A stretch of DNA of 64,000 bases, taken from IMG/VR virus record IMGVR_UViG_3300020473_000011, positions 1-64,000 of that record, one strand, 5' to 3'. Made by a program: the position numbers and the translations under genes. Below are positions 47,771-58,300 of the stretch, one piece after another; within the stretch, counting starts at the first letter, position 1; each line of letters begins with the position of its first letter. The notes under the pieces are model-generated. The model made no database searches and had not been told where the DNA came from. It saw nothing but the letters and a program-made list of their open reading frames with translations.

Positions 47771-48436
47771 ATGATCAAATACGCAACGGGTTCCGATGGC
47801 GCTAAGTACTGGCGTCCAATCTACATAGGCTTTATCAAGAATGATTACTTACGCCGTACGCTGTGCGTACTAGCCACACCCTTCGTCTTTTTAATGGCGT
47901 CGTTTGCAAACGCTTTTGTCTTAATCTGCCATGTCATGGTCATATTAGTTGCGGGCTTGTTTAGATCTTTTTGGAACCCGCTAAGGTCACTGCTACGTTT
48001 TGACGAAATCTGGAAAGCGCCACGTCATAAAAACTCAGAGATATTTAACCAAGTTGCTTATGATGCGCGTAATCGACGCATTAAGCTACCTGACCAAGAA
48101 AGCTGTGTTGCAGCTGTCGTAGAAGCTCATGCGCGCCTACGCGACCTCGGCTGGCAAGATGCCTATAACGCCCCGAATGATGGCACACCTTTTCAAGCGT
48201 ACGTGTCGGGCTACGTAGATATTTGTGAGTATGTAACGTATGAAGGTGACTTCCCGACAGGACGCTTTATTCGCCATTTAGATGAGCAATATGGCGGTGA
48301 CCATCAAAAGCACGAGATTAAGCCGCTTCTTATTCGCCCTATACCTGAAAAAGAGCGTGAGAGTGACCCTTTTATCAATGCGGTCATGGCCTACGCACTA
48401 CACAAACAGGCTAAGCACGTGCGTGACCAAAAATGA
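47771..48436 (+). CDS. Membrane-associated hypothetical protein
   Basis: Hydrophobic N-terminal segment; WQDAYNAPNDGT motif. Confidence 0.65.
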   Translation: MIKYATGSDGAKYWRPIYIGFIKNDYLRRTLCVLATPFVFLMASFANAFVLICHVMVILVAGLFRSFWNPLRSLLRFDEIWKAPRHKNSEIFNQVAYDARNRRIKLPDQESCVAAVVEAHARLRDLGWQDAYNAPNDGTPFQAYVSGYVDICEYVTYEGDFPTGRFIRHLDEQYGGDHQKHEIKPLLIRPIPEKERESDPFINAVMAYALHKQAKHVRDQK

Positions 48437-48699
48437 GATTAAGTGATAAGCAGCCACCCTCTCGGCTTATGCACGCTGCCATACAGCTTTACCACAAGCT
48501 TGAAGAGGCCGAGCTTGAGACCTTTATGTCAGCAATAGGCTCAGACAGTCCAGACACTATAAAGCCTAACCCGTATAAACTACCCGCTACAAAAGTTTGG
48601 TACTGGGGGATTAACCGTTGGGGGATCCACTTCTCATACGCTGAGTACGATGCACGAGAAGATGCCGAAAAGAAACGAAAACAGGAACAGAAACAATGA
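48433..48699 (+). CDS. Hypothetical protein
   Basis: ATGA-coupled ORF. Confidence 0.6.
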   Translation: MRLSDKQPPSRLMHAAIQLYHKLEEAELETFMSAIGSDSPDTIKPNPYKLPATKVWYWGINRWGIHFSYAEYDAREDAEKKRKQEQKQ

Positions 48700-49013
48700 T
48701 AGATTTAGATGCACTCTTTCCGTATGCGAGGTTCGATTATATCGACGATGGAACTCTAAAGGTAAGAACTAAAATCCGAGTACTGCTAGATAGTTCGGGA
48801 GACCCCTCAGCGTTTGCAAGTGAGCTGGCGGATGTTACGGCTTTGTTTGGCGTAGAGCTTGAGAGCTTCAAGATGTCGCATAGTGTGGAGTTTAGCTATG
48901 AGTTGTCTTACACGGTCGAAGAGCTATGCGAGACAATCGCGATTATCGCATGGCTTAGCCGTCATGGCCGAAAGCACTTCAATACCTTTTCATTCTTGGA
49001 GGTGCCAGCTTAA
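48696..49013 (+). CDS. Hypothetical protein
   Basis: ATGA-coupled ORF; terminator at about 49031-49056. Confidence 0.6.
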   Translation: MIDLDALFPYARFDYIDDGTLKVRTKIRVLLDSSGDPSAFASELADVTALFGVELESFKMSHSVEFSYELSYTVEELCETIAIIAWLSRHGRKHFNTFSFLEVPA

Positions 49014-49068
49014 CTGGCTGTACATGAACTAAAGCCTGCGTCCTGCGGGCTTTTTTAGCGGAGTAATA

Positions 49069-49698
49069 ATGGGGTTATTTAACAAGAAAAGGCACATTGT
49101 TTACGAGCAGCTATTGGTGCTGCCCGCCCACGCACAGTGCCCGAAAGCGTTTAAGTTTGATATTGATGTCGACGTCACGAGTCACAGTAAGGACAAGCTA
49201 GGTCGTCAATTCTCACCATTCTTATTAGGGGACGTCTACGTCGAGTCAGGTCTTTGGGCGCACTGTGTTGAAAACGCGTGGCAATTTTCTAAGGTTTATT
49301 CTGAGCATACAGACTTAAATGGCGACCCAACGCCTGCTTGGTACTCTTGGCGCGAGGCAGGGCTTGAGAGAGACCACCCTGTGCATGCGCCTATGGGGCG
49401 TGGCGCAAAGCATCTGTACTGGTACCATAAAGGTAAGAAGCTGAATGCACGTGAAGCACGAGAGCAGCTGTTTAAGCCATGGTACATGGAACTCGCGATG
49501 AACACTGATGCGTGGGATTGGTTAACTTCGGAGTATCTACAAGGTAAGCGTATTTTGATGCGCGACTTTAAGGCTATCGACCACGTGGCGGAGCAACGAA
49601 CCTTCACGGAATGCCTTGCCGAGCCGACAATACCTCTTTGCCATGGTTACCTACTTGGCGAGGCACTAGAGTCCTTAAATGAAAAAGCCCGCAACTAG
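49069..49698 (+). CDS. Conserved-looking hypothetical protein of large-virus type
   Basis: DVTS, FSPFLLG, VENAWQFSKVY, CHGY motifs. Confidence 0.7.
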   Translation: MGLFNKKRHIVYEQLLVLPAHAQCPKAFKFDIDVDVTSHSKDKLGRQFSPFLLGDVYVESGLWAHCVENAWQFSKVYSEHTDLNGDPTPAWYSWREAGLERDHPVHAPMGRGAKHLYWYHKGKKLNAREAREQLFKPWYMELAMNTDAWDWLTSEYLQGKRILMRDFKAIDHVAEQRTFTECLAEPTIPLCHGYLLGEALESLNEKARN

Positions 49699-49721
49699 CG
49701 GGCTTTTTAAAGAGAAGATCC

Positions 49722-50108
49722 TTACGAATGTTTATTAAGCTTTTTAAACTTCTCTAGAGCATCCGCCACGTCTTGCTCAATATCATCACTAAAATTTGTT
49801 TTGTTGTCTAAGTTTAGTTGAGCAACAATAGAATGCTGAACGTTAATACGCTCTTGGTTATCTAGAACGGCAAACGTGTCGTCTTGGTCAGGTTGCTCGG
49901 CCTCTAATTCTTCTATGGTCGCATAGTTTTCTCTCGAAAGCTCAGTGACGTCATCTTCGGTTAATGTAGGTTTAGCATTGTTTGGCGCGTTCAGCGCGTC
50001 CTGTACAAGTTCAGCGGTTTCTTGGTCGCGTATGCCAAAGGCGTGAGCATTGGCGATCACTTCGTTACGGTCTGTTACTTCTTTATGGGCTGTTTGTGCC
50101 ATAGACAC
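49722..50108 (-). CDS. Acidic hypothetical protein
   Basis: GAGG SD; bidirectional terminator at about 49682-49708. Confidence 0.6.
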   Translation of the reverse strand: MSMAQTAHKEVTDRNEVIANAHAFGIRDQETAELVQDALNAPNNAKPTLTEDDVTELSRENYATIEELEAEQPDQDDTFAVLDNQERINVQHSIVAQLNLDNKTNFSDDIEQDVADALEKFKKLNKHS

Positions 50109-50235
50109 CTCATATTTTTGATAGCTTTGGATAGTGTTTCTTTAGGTATTCACGTAAGACATTGGGGCTTTTATTTTAATTAAAACCCTTTAATCGTTTT
50201 TAATTCGACTAAAGGGCTTGGTTACGTAACGTAGA

Positions 50236-50727
50236 TTAATTTTTACCTTGGTTCGGCCAGTCATTGAGCGGCGCTAGAAGGTTTAGAAGTAACTCTAGAT
50301 CCTCGCGAGCGCGTAAGTCAGGAATAGAGCTAGCGAACTGCGTGTCCCAGCCGCTGTAGCTGGTCTTGTATAGAAAGTACTGGTGTCCATATTCACTGTG
50401 CTTCGAATAGCGAACATAGGCACCCTCACCCGTAACATGAGTCCAGTTCTTCGGAGCATCTGGGTTCTTAACAATAGACTCAAGCCAAGCAAGTTTTTTG
50501 ACTACATCGGATAAGTCACTAACAGCCTTAGCTTTAACAGTGATATAGAAACCGTCGGCTGTCATTTCGATGCTGTCGGCCACTGGGTGTACAGGGTCGA
50601 ACTCAGGAAACCTTTCCAAGTAGAGTGCTAAAGCTTTTACCCAGTTGCATTCGCTGGTGCCAAGCGTGCAGTGAGGGACAAACTGGCGCACCACCTGATA
50701 GAGTGGTGCTGAACTAATTACCGTCAT
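50236..50727 (-). CDS. Hypothetical protein
   Basis: Coupled ORF. Confidence 0.6.
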   Translation of the reverse strand: MTVISSAPLYQVVRQFVPHCTLGTSECNWVKALALYLERFPEFDPVHPVADSIEMTADGFYITVKAKAVSDLSDVVKKLAWLESIVKNPDAPKNWTHVTGEGAYVRYSKHSEYGHQYFLYKTSYSGWDTQFASSIPDLRAREDLELLLNLLAPLNDWPNQGKN

Positions 50728-51838
50728 GATGTAACCCTAAGAATGCAGGTGCTGCTTTAAGTTCAGACAGCGGTCTATCGTGTCTTTCATTCGGGCGTGC
50801 CCCCGAGGCAAAGAACCCCTCTAAGTCGGTCATTAGATTGTGCAGTCGTTCATGGATAGAAACCAGCAAGTTCCAATCGTCAGCACTGTACGGGATCGTA
50901 TAATACGTATATTCCTTATCGGTAATACATGTGCTGCTTTTAGGATTAGCGGCAGCCCGCTGTTTGCGCGTCTTTATATCTAGTGCCATTGCATTTGGGT
51001 GGAGTGTCCCATCGTCTTCCATGAGATAGACTGTATCTTCGATCAGGGCACCCTGATACAACTCAAAGCTAGCTGTTTGGTACCTTACCAATCGTTGGAA
51101 TACATCACGGCTAGAAGCTGAGCTAACCCCTGTCAAAAGCTTATAACCGTCGGCATTACCTTCCCGATGCTTGATGCCGACGCAGATCACACGTTCGCCG
51201 TTCGCCGCGTTTAAGAAATGACGACGGTAGACGTGCTTGGTCACAGTGAATGGACTGTCTACGCCAGTGCTGCCCTTTAGTACGACGTCAGTAAGCTCTT
51301 TGTAGGTGTCTGCCGTGAAGAATCCGTGAGCGCGCCCGTCTTTGTCACTCATCACTCTAAAGTTAGGCAGCTTCGTCATTTTAAGTGCCTGCGGAGAGAA
51401 CTCTGTAAAAAACTCACTATCTAAGGGCGCTAAAAACTCATGCACGTTCGTATCATAGAAGATAGGCACCTTGTGGTACGTCTGAACATTGTCAGTGTAA
51501 CCGTAGCGCTCAATAATCCACGAGGGGTAAAGACTGGACAACTTCGCGTGCTTAATTAGCTTTAGCTGTGTAAAGTCTGATGCCTTCGGAAAATGCAGAA
51601 CCATGCCGTCAACTTTGTCATCGAACTGAACACTGCTATGCCCGAAAAAGTTACCCATGGTTGTTGTGTAGCTAGATGACCCTGTTCCGTAGCCAGATAA
51701 GGCGAGGTGTGCTTTTATCTCTTGGGTAGGTGACGAGCACAAGGGTGGGCACCGATACGTACGGTTGTCCGCTGGGTCATAGCTATCGTCATGGAGCTGC
51801 AACACGTCTTCGTATCGCAGCGTCTTTTTATTACTCAT
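50714..51838 (-). CDS. Hypothetical protein
   Basis: 374-aa ORF. Confidence 0.75.
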   Translation of the reverse strand: MSNKKTLRYEDVLQLHDDSYDPADNRTYRCPPLCSSPTQEIKAHLALSGYGTGSSSYTTTMGNFFGHSSVQFDDKVDGMVLHFPKASDFTQLKLIKHAKLSSLYPSWIIERYGYTDNVQTYHKVPIFYDTNVHEFLAPLDSEFFTEFSPQALKMTKLPNFRVMSDKDGRAHGFFTADTYKELTDVVLKGSTGVDSPFTVTKHVYRRHFLNAANGERVICVGIKHREGNADGYKLLTGVSSASSRDVFQRLVRYQTASFELYQGALIEDTVYLMEDDGTLHPNAMALDIKTRKQRAAANPKSSTCITDKEYTYYTIPYSADDWNLLVSIHERLHNLMTDLEGFFASGARPNERHDRPLSELKAAPAFLGLHHDGN

Positions 51839-52550
51839 TATTTACTCGTTGTTGGTTGTTAAGGTAAGCAGCAGCCTGCTTCCATTGTTCGTTGGTTACA
51901 TAAGGGTCTCGTTGCTTACAGGCTGCGAGCGTCTTTTGCGTGATCGTACGACGTAAGCCCTTATTGTTACTTAGCTGGACATCAGTGTATTGACTTCGTA
52001 CCTTGCGGGCTACGATAAACAGCGCCTGCGCCAACTCTTCGATAGACTTAGTGCTCGTATTTTCTTTTGCGTGACGTAGGTCATCTTCGCGCTTATTAAT
52101 ACGCCATTTAATTTCGGTGAAGGTGTCCGCGTTTGACCCACCGACCATTTGGTAGCGCTCTTTGATAACGTTACAGGCTTTGTGGTCGCCACGTGTAACC
52201 GCCATGTTGAACTCGTGAAGTTCATCCTTAGACTCTTGGAGCGCAGCCTCAGCCTTACCAATATGATCAAGACTGCCTACCTCACCTGCCGCATAGACTT
52301 TAAGGTCTTCACTCATGAACAGCTGTGAGCCATCAAGAAACTCGAATACGTTCACACTCGTTGTCTTATTGGCAATACGGTACAGTCGCACAGGACGATG
52401 TGGTGCATCGAGTGTTACCGTGCTTTGGTCACAGCCAATAGAGCCACTTAGCAGCTTATCAGCAAATGATGGGTGAGCAGGTAGCTTAAAGGTATAGCCT
52501 AATTCAATGGCATCCATTACAGCATGTGCATGTGTAGGTGATTGTGACAT
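51831..52550 (-). CDS. Hypothetical protein
   Basis: Start at MSQS after AGGAAG SD and the promoter module. Confidence 0.7.
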   Translation of the reverse strand: MSQSPTHAHAVMDAIELGYTFKLPAHPSFADKLLSGSIGCDQSTVTLDAPHRPVRLYRIANKTTSVNVFEFLDGSQLFMSEDLKVYAAGEVGSLDHIGKAEAALQESKDELHEFNMAVTRGDHKACNVIKERYQMVGGSNADTFTEIKWRINKREDDLRHAKENTSTKSIEELAQALFIVARKVRSQYTDVQLSNNKGLRRTITQKTLAACKQRDPYVTNEQWKQAAAYLNNQQRVNNE

Positions 52551-52594
52551 GTCGGTCTTCCTTTCGATAAATTGTGGTATCACTTTCTGAGGCC

Positions 52595-52656
52595 AATATA
52601 GCGCAGCCACTGCTAGTTGTACAACACTTTTTTGAGTGAAAGTCGCTGTATTGTAA
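52595..52656 (-). promoter_or_regulatory. Regulon promoter module (minus strand)
   Basis: TTACAATACAG box, GTGTTGTACAAC, TTGTAC-18-TATATT. Confidence 0.65.
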
Positions 52657-52776
52657 GGGATTTTGAAAGTATGCACCATTGGGTTCTTGGTATGCCCAGA
52701 CTTCATTGTACAAAGAAAAAAACCGCCAAGATGATCGGCGGTTTTGGTCGTTCTATATAGAGTTTCATGAAAACAA

Positions 52777-52928
52777 ACTGTCTCCCGACAGTGGGGCAGC
52801 TACACAGTCACTGGTTCTTGCCGACGGGCAATACCTAACACCGCGTCCCAGTGGTTGTGTAGCCTAGTGACTAACCCAGTTCATGGCCAGCTCGAAAGCC
52901 ATTAACCCAGTTAGTCCCATTCTTTTTT
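52777..52928. ncRNA. Candidate structured non-coding RNA
   Basis: 16-bp stem 52799-52814/52848-52863, inner TTGCC/GGCAA hairpin, second domain GACTAAC/GTTAGTC. Confidence 0.4.
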
Positions 52929-52938
52929 ATAGACGTCG

Positions 52939-53403
52939 CTAAGCTTGAGTCTTGCGCAGCGCGTCAAGCTCTGCACGAACCTCATCGGCAGACTTATTCT
53001 CTAGCTCTCGCTGCTCGATGCGGTCTAGCTGTGCCATTAGTTCCTTTTCTTTCGCGCGTAGTTCAGCCTCTGCTCTTGCAGCGTCATCTTCTGCAATACG
53101 CGACTCGATAATGCCCTTAACAATATCGAATGCAAGCTGAGTCTTCACGTTGACTTTATTGCGCTTAACAAAACTTAGTTCACCTGCTTCTTTGATTTCG
53201 CGGTCTAGCTTAATTGCGATCTCATCAAGGTAAGCCTCGTCATTCTTATCTTTACGGCGGAATGTAAGAGGCATTTCGTAAAGGTCTTCGATTGAGAAGC
53301 GCCCGCCTACATTTTGAGATACAAAGCGTAACTTGATGCGAAGACCCGCAACAATTTTTTCTTCTAGGGACATCTTTGCTAATTTGTCTGATGTTAATTG
53401 CAT
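52939..53403 (-). CDS. Phage-type hypothetical protein, partner of the upstream gene
   Basis: KLRF..SIEDLYEMPL, AFDIVKGII, coiled-coil tail. Confidence 0.75.
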   Translation of the reverse strand: MQLTSDKLAKMSLEEKIVAGLRIKLRFVSQNVGGRFSIEDLYEMPLTFRRKDKNDEAYLDEIAIKLDREIKEAGELSFVKRNKVNVKTQLAFDIVKGIIESRIAEDDAARAEAELRAKEKELMAQLDRIEQRELENKSADEVRAELDALRKTQA

Positions 53404-53417
53404 GGTACTTATCCTTC

Positions 53418-55451
53418 TTAGAATGTAACTTTAACTACGCGGTTAAATGAACCGCTAACTTTAACTAGTAACGCGTTGCGCTGCGTTGATGAAAAACCAA
53501 GACCGCTTAGCTGGTCATCTGTAGGGTCGGCCTTCAACTTAGAACCGAGTGCTTCAAATACCTTGCGGTGTTTGTTCAGTTCAGGTGCTAAGTTTTCGTT
53601 GTAGAATCCACGGATCTTGTCAGGTGACTGGCAGCCCTCTAGCATGAAGAAGAAGTGCTTATTACCAGTCTCTTCACCGTCCCAGTGGTTCGGTGAGTTC
53701 ATTACCATTGATACTTTTGACCATTGATGTGTGTTAACACCCCACTCTTGGCGTGAAGCCTCTGACCCTTTGATTGAGCTGATGATCTTGACGCCCTCAC
53801 TGTGCGAGTAGTCGAACTCAAGCACTATGATACTGCGGCCGTTTTGTAGTGCGTCTTTGTGTTCAAACTTAATGGTATTCCCGAAGTACTCAAATTCTAA
53901 AACAAAGCCAAAATCAATACGTTCACGTTGACGGAAGTTCTTCACCCGTACGCGATGGCGACCCTCTTGCATACGTGAACGGTCGGCATAGGCAATGTTT
54001 TCAACGGGTGTGCGTGAGTCGACACCCGTCGCGTTCATATCAATATCAAGGAACCCACCTGTGCGATAGCTTTTCTTGGAAGTAAAGTCGATCACATTAC
54101 CGTCAGGCTCTTCCATGCTAAGGTCTAAGTCGTCGCCATTGAACCATGCTAGAGAACTACGCACGTCCGCGTTGACATTACCGCCTGCGGCCTTAACCAA
54201 CTGGGTAATAGAAGCGTCGGCCAACTCGCCATTATAGCTCCAAGAGAAGTTGTTAGGCCACTTCAACATATTAGGCGCATCAGGGTACACAGGCGCAACA
54301 AGGCTGACCAGATTCGGCACATGTCGGTTTTCCATCATGACTTCAAGACTAGTGGCCTTTGGTAGCACATCTGCTACGAAGTCCTCAATGCTAATCTCTT
54401 CGACCTTATCGAACTTTTGCTTATTGTTGGCCTTTGTAGGCGCGAGAAGGTCAAGCGCATTACCCTTCATTTTCTTTTGAGCATCACGGTCGGCGAAGAG
54501 CACGTTATTCACTGTGATGTCTTCTAACCGAGCTGGGCGGCGGTAAAGCGAGTCTTCGAAGCCAAGCTGTATGATGGTCTCATTCGCTTCATCGATCTGC
54601 TTTTGTGTGATAAGGGCAGTTGGGCGCTTATAGTTCTCAGGCGCAACCTTCGCTTCATAAGATTTTACGGCATCTTCTAGGTCGCTGCCTTCGGAAAGGT
54701 CTGATAAGAGCGTCCCCATAGAAGTGTTGCGAAAACGGCCACTGTTACCAAGTTCTACAGACTTTTCCCAGAAAAACAGTTGTTCTTTTAGTGGGTCATC
54801 TAGTTTTTCTATGCGAGCGAACTCAGTTTTAACCTTAACGAGCGTGTCAACGATATGCTTGAACTCTTCACCGCGATACAAGGATCCCTGTGCAATTAGG
54901 TCACTTACTAACTCACACGAATAAAGGTCTACCTCACGTACGGAGCGCTCTAGTACCATTTTGTTAGCACGGGTGTCTGAAAGGTATGAGCCAGCCTCGG
55001 CATTTACAAACTTGTTAGGTAGGTCAAAATAGAAGTGTTCCCACTTCTTCTGTTCACCATTGGCCATAGGCTCAAAGTTGTGAGAAGTGCCCACGCGGGT
55101 TTCCCAGTGACGATACACATTCTGGATAGAGTCGCTATGTTGGCGTACGAAAAGGGAAAGTGCGTCAGCTACGGCCTGACGGAAGTCACTAAGCTCAATA
55201 TCCCACACTGTAACTAGTTTGCCATCAATGATAGCAATAACATTACCAATATTTCGGATGAAGTTGCGGCAGCAAGCGCAATCGTGTTCAGTACGTTCGC
55301 GATAAAGAGGGTTGGTGCCTTTAGGGAAGCTTGAAAGATATTCGTTGTACAACTCGTCTTTATTTAACTCGACGGTGTATAGCTCAGTGCTGTTTTCGGT
55401 CATATACGCTAACTGCGCATTAACAGCGTCACGCATGGCATTAAAGCTCAT
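53418..55451 (-). CDS. Large phage-type conserved protein (HxCxxC motif; DLDL/LDIDMN/PVENI domain)
   Basis: EHDCACCRNFI, WPNNFSWSYNG, DDLDL, LDIDMN, PVENI. Confidence 0.8.
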   Translation of the reverse strand: MSFNAMRDAVNAQLAYMTENSTELYTVELNKDELYNEYLSSFPKGTNPLYRERTEHDCACCRNFIRNIGNVIAIIDGKLVTVWDIELSDFRQAVADALSLFVRQHSDSIQNVYRHWETRVGTSHNFEPMANGEQKKWEHFYFDLPNKFVNAEAGSYLSDTRANKMVLERSVREVDLYSCELVSDLIAQGSLYRGEEFKHIVDTLVKVKTEFARIEKLDDPLKEQLFFWEKSVELGNSGRFRNTSMGTLLSDLSEGSDLEDAVKSYEAKVAPENYKRPTALITQKQIDEANETIIQLGFEDSLYRRPARLEDITVNNVLFADRDAQKKMKGNALDLLAPTKANNKQKFDKVEEISIEDFVADVLPKATSLEVMMENRHVPNLVSLVAPVYPDAPNMLKWPNNFSWSYNGELADASITQLVKAAGGNVNADVRSSLAWFNGDDLDLSMEEPDGNVIDFTSKKSYRTGGFLDIDMNATGVDSRTPVENIAYADRSRMQEGRHRVRVKNFRQRERIDFGFVLEFEYFGNTIKFEHKDALQNGRSIIVLEFDYSHSEGVKIISSIKGSEASRQEWGVNTHQWSKVSMVMNSPNHWDGEETGNKHFFFMLEGCQSPDKIRGFYNENLAPELNKHRKVFEALGSKLKADPTDDQLSGLGFSSTQRNALLVKVSGSFNRVVKVTF

Positions 55452-55591
55452 GGAACTCTCCTGTGTATCATAGTATCGGTTAGTTTTGACTTGTTATCTT
55501 CTAAGCCAAAATTCGTTTATAAAATAAATCGACGCGAACTATGTCACATAAGTTACTACGCTGCAAGCGTTTTGAGCTGAAAAACTTTTAG

Positions 55592-56401
55592 TTAAGGTGC
55601 GGCCTTAACTTTTACGTTTTTGATGACCGTTTGGCGGATCCCTTTGTATTCGTCGTGTTTTTTGATTACAAAATCAAGTGTAACTTGGTTACCCTTCGCA
55701 AGCTCACCACCAAGGTCTGAGCTGCCCATATATTTAAGAAGCTCACCCGAGCGCGTGACAAACAGGATGACGTTCGTCCAACCGAAGTGGCCGTTAAAGC
55801 CATATTTGTCGGCCACCGTAGCTGTAATGCGACGAAGCTTATCACCCTCTTCACCGAAAAACTCACCGTTACCATCTTTGTTAAGCTGAGCAACCTTTAA
55901 TTTCTCAGGGAAATGTTCGCGTAGGTACTCTGCGAGTTGGCCAGCTGTTGACTGAGGCTCTTCTTTGCCCTTTTTAAGCCAAAACTCGAACCAGCCTTGG
56001 TCATTCTTAGCAACACACTCCTTGATAGGCGCGCCCTTATCCTTACCGAAAGGGTATAGCCCTTTCGCTAGATAAGAGTTTTGCTCGGCGCTACGAGCTT
56101 CTACGCGTTGCACGCGTGTTTCGTTGTAAGCTTTAATGCGCTTTGCTTCGTTCTCAAGGCGTCGACGCTCATTCTCCGTAAGGGTGTGCTTAGGCTCTGA
56201 GATCAAATGACCCAGCTTGGTGACTATCTCAACGGCGCGTACATGGCATGTTGATAATGCACGTACATATACATCGCGTAAAAGTATCTTCTCAGACTTC
56301 TCACCGAAGTTGTTCGTTAAAACGACAGTTTCTTCAAACTGATGGCGTAACGAATAGCGTGAGCCTTTTGCGCCAGTAGTTAAGTAATAACATGAGTACA
56401 T
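55592..56401 (-). CDS. Hypothetical protein with a putative C-terminal OB fold
   Basis: PFGKDKG; C-terminal beta-rich IKKHDEYKGIRQTVIKNVK. Confidence 0.65.
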   Translation of the reverse strand: MYSCYYLTTGAKGSRYSLRHQFEETVVLTNNFGEKSEKILLRDVYVRALSTCHVRAVEIVTKLGHLISEPKHTLTENERRRLENEAKRIKAYNETRVQRVEARSAEQNSYLAKGLYPFGKDKGAPIKECVAKNDQGWFEFWLKKGKEEPQSTAGQLAEYLREHFPEKLKVAQLNKDGNGEFFGEEGDKLRRITATVADKYGFNGHFGWTNVILFVTRSGELLKYMGSSDLGGELAKGNQVTLDFVIKKHDEYKGIRQTVIKNVKVKAAP

Positions 56402-56679
56402 TGTCGTTTCCTTCTCTTCGGTTCGTTTAAGTATTCATTGTAAACGGCTGCATTGCAAGCGTTTACGTTTGATAGTGCTACTATAGCAGGTTGAATGTGA
56501 AACGCAACATCGTTGTACAATGATTTTCAAAAAAGTGAAGCTAATTCATTAGATTCAATGAATGGTTGTGCCGCAAGGGACACTCTGGTAATTTACGTCG
56601 GCCATAAAAGGCTGCACCCCAATGGTGTGAGCCGCATAACTGAGACGCTGACAACTGACACTAACGTGGAGACATCACT

Positions 56680-57057
56680 ATGAGAACTGAACGGGCTTAC
56701 CTCACAGCATCCAACAACCGCTGGGTCTTCTTACTGCTAATCTTTATCGTGGTAATACCGCTTTTGTACAACATTATCATGCCAATTGATAGAGAAGAGC
56801 CTGTGGCTACAAATGGCTCGACAATAGCGACAACAAGCACACTTAGCCTTAAAGACATCACGAAGAACATGAGCTTTGTATGCTTAAACGATTATGTCTA
56901 CATGCACCCGAAGGGCTACCCACGAGCTTTAGAGCCTGTCCTAATTAATGGCAATGACATAAGTACAGGTGCAAGGCTTATCCCATGCGATGACTATGAA
57001 CTTGTGTACAATGCTGTTCTGAGTGTTGAGGATGCCATGGGGAAGGGCAATGAATAA
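56680..57057 (+). CDS. Membrane-anchored hypothetical protein
   Basis: N-terminal TM; GGAG SD. Confidence 0.65.
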   Translation: MRTERAYLTASNNRWVFLLLIFIVVIPLLYNIIMPIDREEPVATNGSTIATTSTLSLKDITKNMSFVCLNDYVYMHPKGYPRALEPVLINGNDISTGARLIPCDDYELVYNAVLSVEDAMGKGNE

Positions 57058-57583
57058 CGGTACTTCTGAAAGCACTGTGAGCTTGCTTTTTCTAGACATT
57101 GACGGCGTTCTACGCGGGCTTCACACTAAGGCTTCGCCGTACAAGCGTGCGGCTATCGAACGCATGGGCATTCACGATGCGAGAACTCAGCTCGAACTAA
57201 CACTGTTAGACTGGTACTTGGTACAGCAACTTTGTGCTTTCGTGACGGCTAACAATATCAAGGTTGTCGTGACCTCTACTTGGCGTGAGGGCTGGGAATC
57301 CGAGCACTTTACCGAGCTGTTTAGGTTATGTGGTGCGGAGCTTGCCAACGACTGCATCATAGGATGCACACCCCTCATGGACGAGATAAGCGAAACGAGT
57401 AAACGGGGTCATGAGATCAAGGCATACCTAGATGACACCCAAAGGAAGCGCAACTATGCAATCTTAGATGATCAAGGGGTTAAGGCATTCTTGCCTGAGC
57501 AATACGAACGCTTAGTCAGCACGTGCCCCTATAAGGGGTTGCTCGCATCGGACTTGGACAAGGTACTAGGCCATTTTGCCTAG
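57050..57583 (+). CDS. HAD domain protein (Swiss-army-knife RNA-repair-like HAD family)
   Basis: FLDIDGVL, VVTSTWR, RGHEIKAYL, YAILDD. Confidence 0.85.
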   Translation: MNNGTSESTVSLLFLDIDGVLRGLHTKASPYKRAAIERMGIHDARTQLELTLLDWYLVQQLCAFVTANNIKVVVTSTWREGWESEHFTELFRLCGAELANDCIIGCTPLMDEISETSKRGHEIKAYLDDTQRKRNYAILDDQGVKAFLPEQYERLVSTCPYKGLLASDLDKVLGHFA

Positions 57584-58083
57584 TGAATCCCGCCATTCAT
57601 ACCGATGAGGCATTTGTCTTCTATAATGCCGTCACAGAGTAAAATGGCACTACATAGGTTTGAACTAGGCATGCGCTCAAAAACCATAATAACGGCACGT
57701 TTTTCAGAGGTGATGAGAAACCTCGTAAGGGTGTCGAACCGACGCTTTAGGGCTGTACGTTGCTGTGGGGTTGGCGGTATGCGGTAGTCTCTCACAAAGC
57801 GACCCTCAAAAAAGACCTCATGCTTACGCTTTAGCTTATTGGCCTCAATAACGTGGGTAGAGCACATTTTTAGAATGTTCTTTATGTCAGAGACATTTAA
57901 AATCGTGAGGTCGTCACCGCAGTACTGCGTAATGATAGCCTCGACAAGCTCGGAGTTGATGCACACATAGCCGCCTTTTGAAGCTGTTACCATCTGGCCT
58001 CTTTCCATGGCGACGTCATAATCCATCAAGTATTTAAGCACAGATTTTGAGACTTGAACTTCAATCATTGCACAATCTTCCAC
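57580..58083 (-). CDS. Hypothetical protein
   Basis: 167-aa ORF. Confidence 0.6.
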   Translation of the reverse strand: MEDCAMIEVQVSKSVLKYLMDYDVAMERGQMVTASKGGYVCINSELVEAIITQYCGDDLTILNVSDIKNILKMCSTHVIEANKLKRKHEVFFEGRFVRDYRIPPTPQQRTALKRRFDTLTRFLITSEKRAVIMVFERMPSSNLCSAILLCDGIIEDKCLIGMNGGIH

Positions 58084-58300
58084 CTAAATTCGCTAAACCC
58101 TCGTAAATATTGTACAACAATAGTACGAAACGGCCTATGGCGCAAGCATTTTGGCACCTAATATACAGTACTTTGATCAGTGTTTGTCTTAAACTGACCC
58201 AACGAACTAATGGTGCTGCTTCGAATATTTCGATTATTGACTTCGCTGCTATTTCAACTATTATTCCGCCCTACATTTATAGAGTAGACGGTTAATTGAT

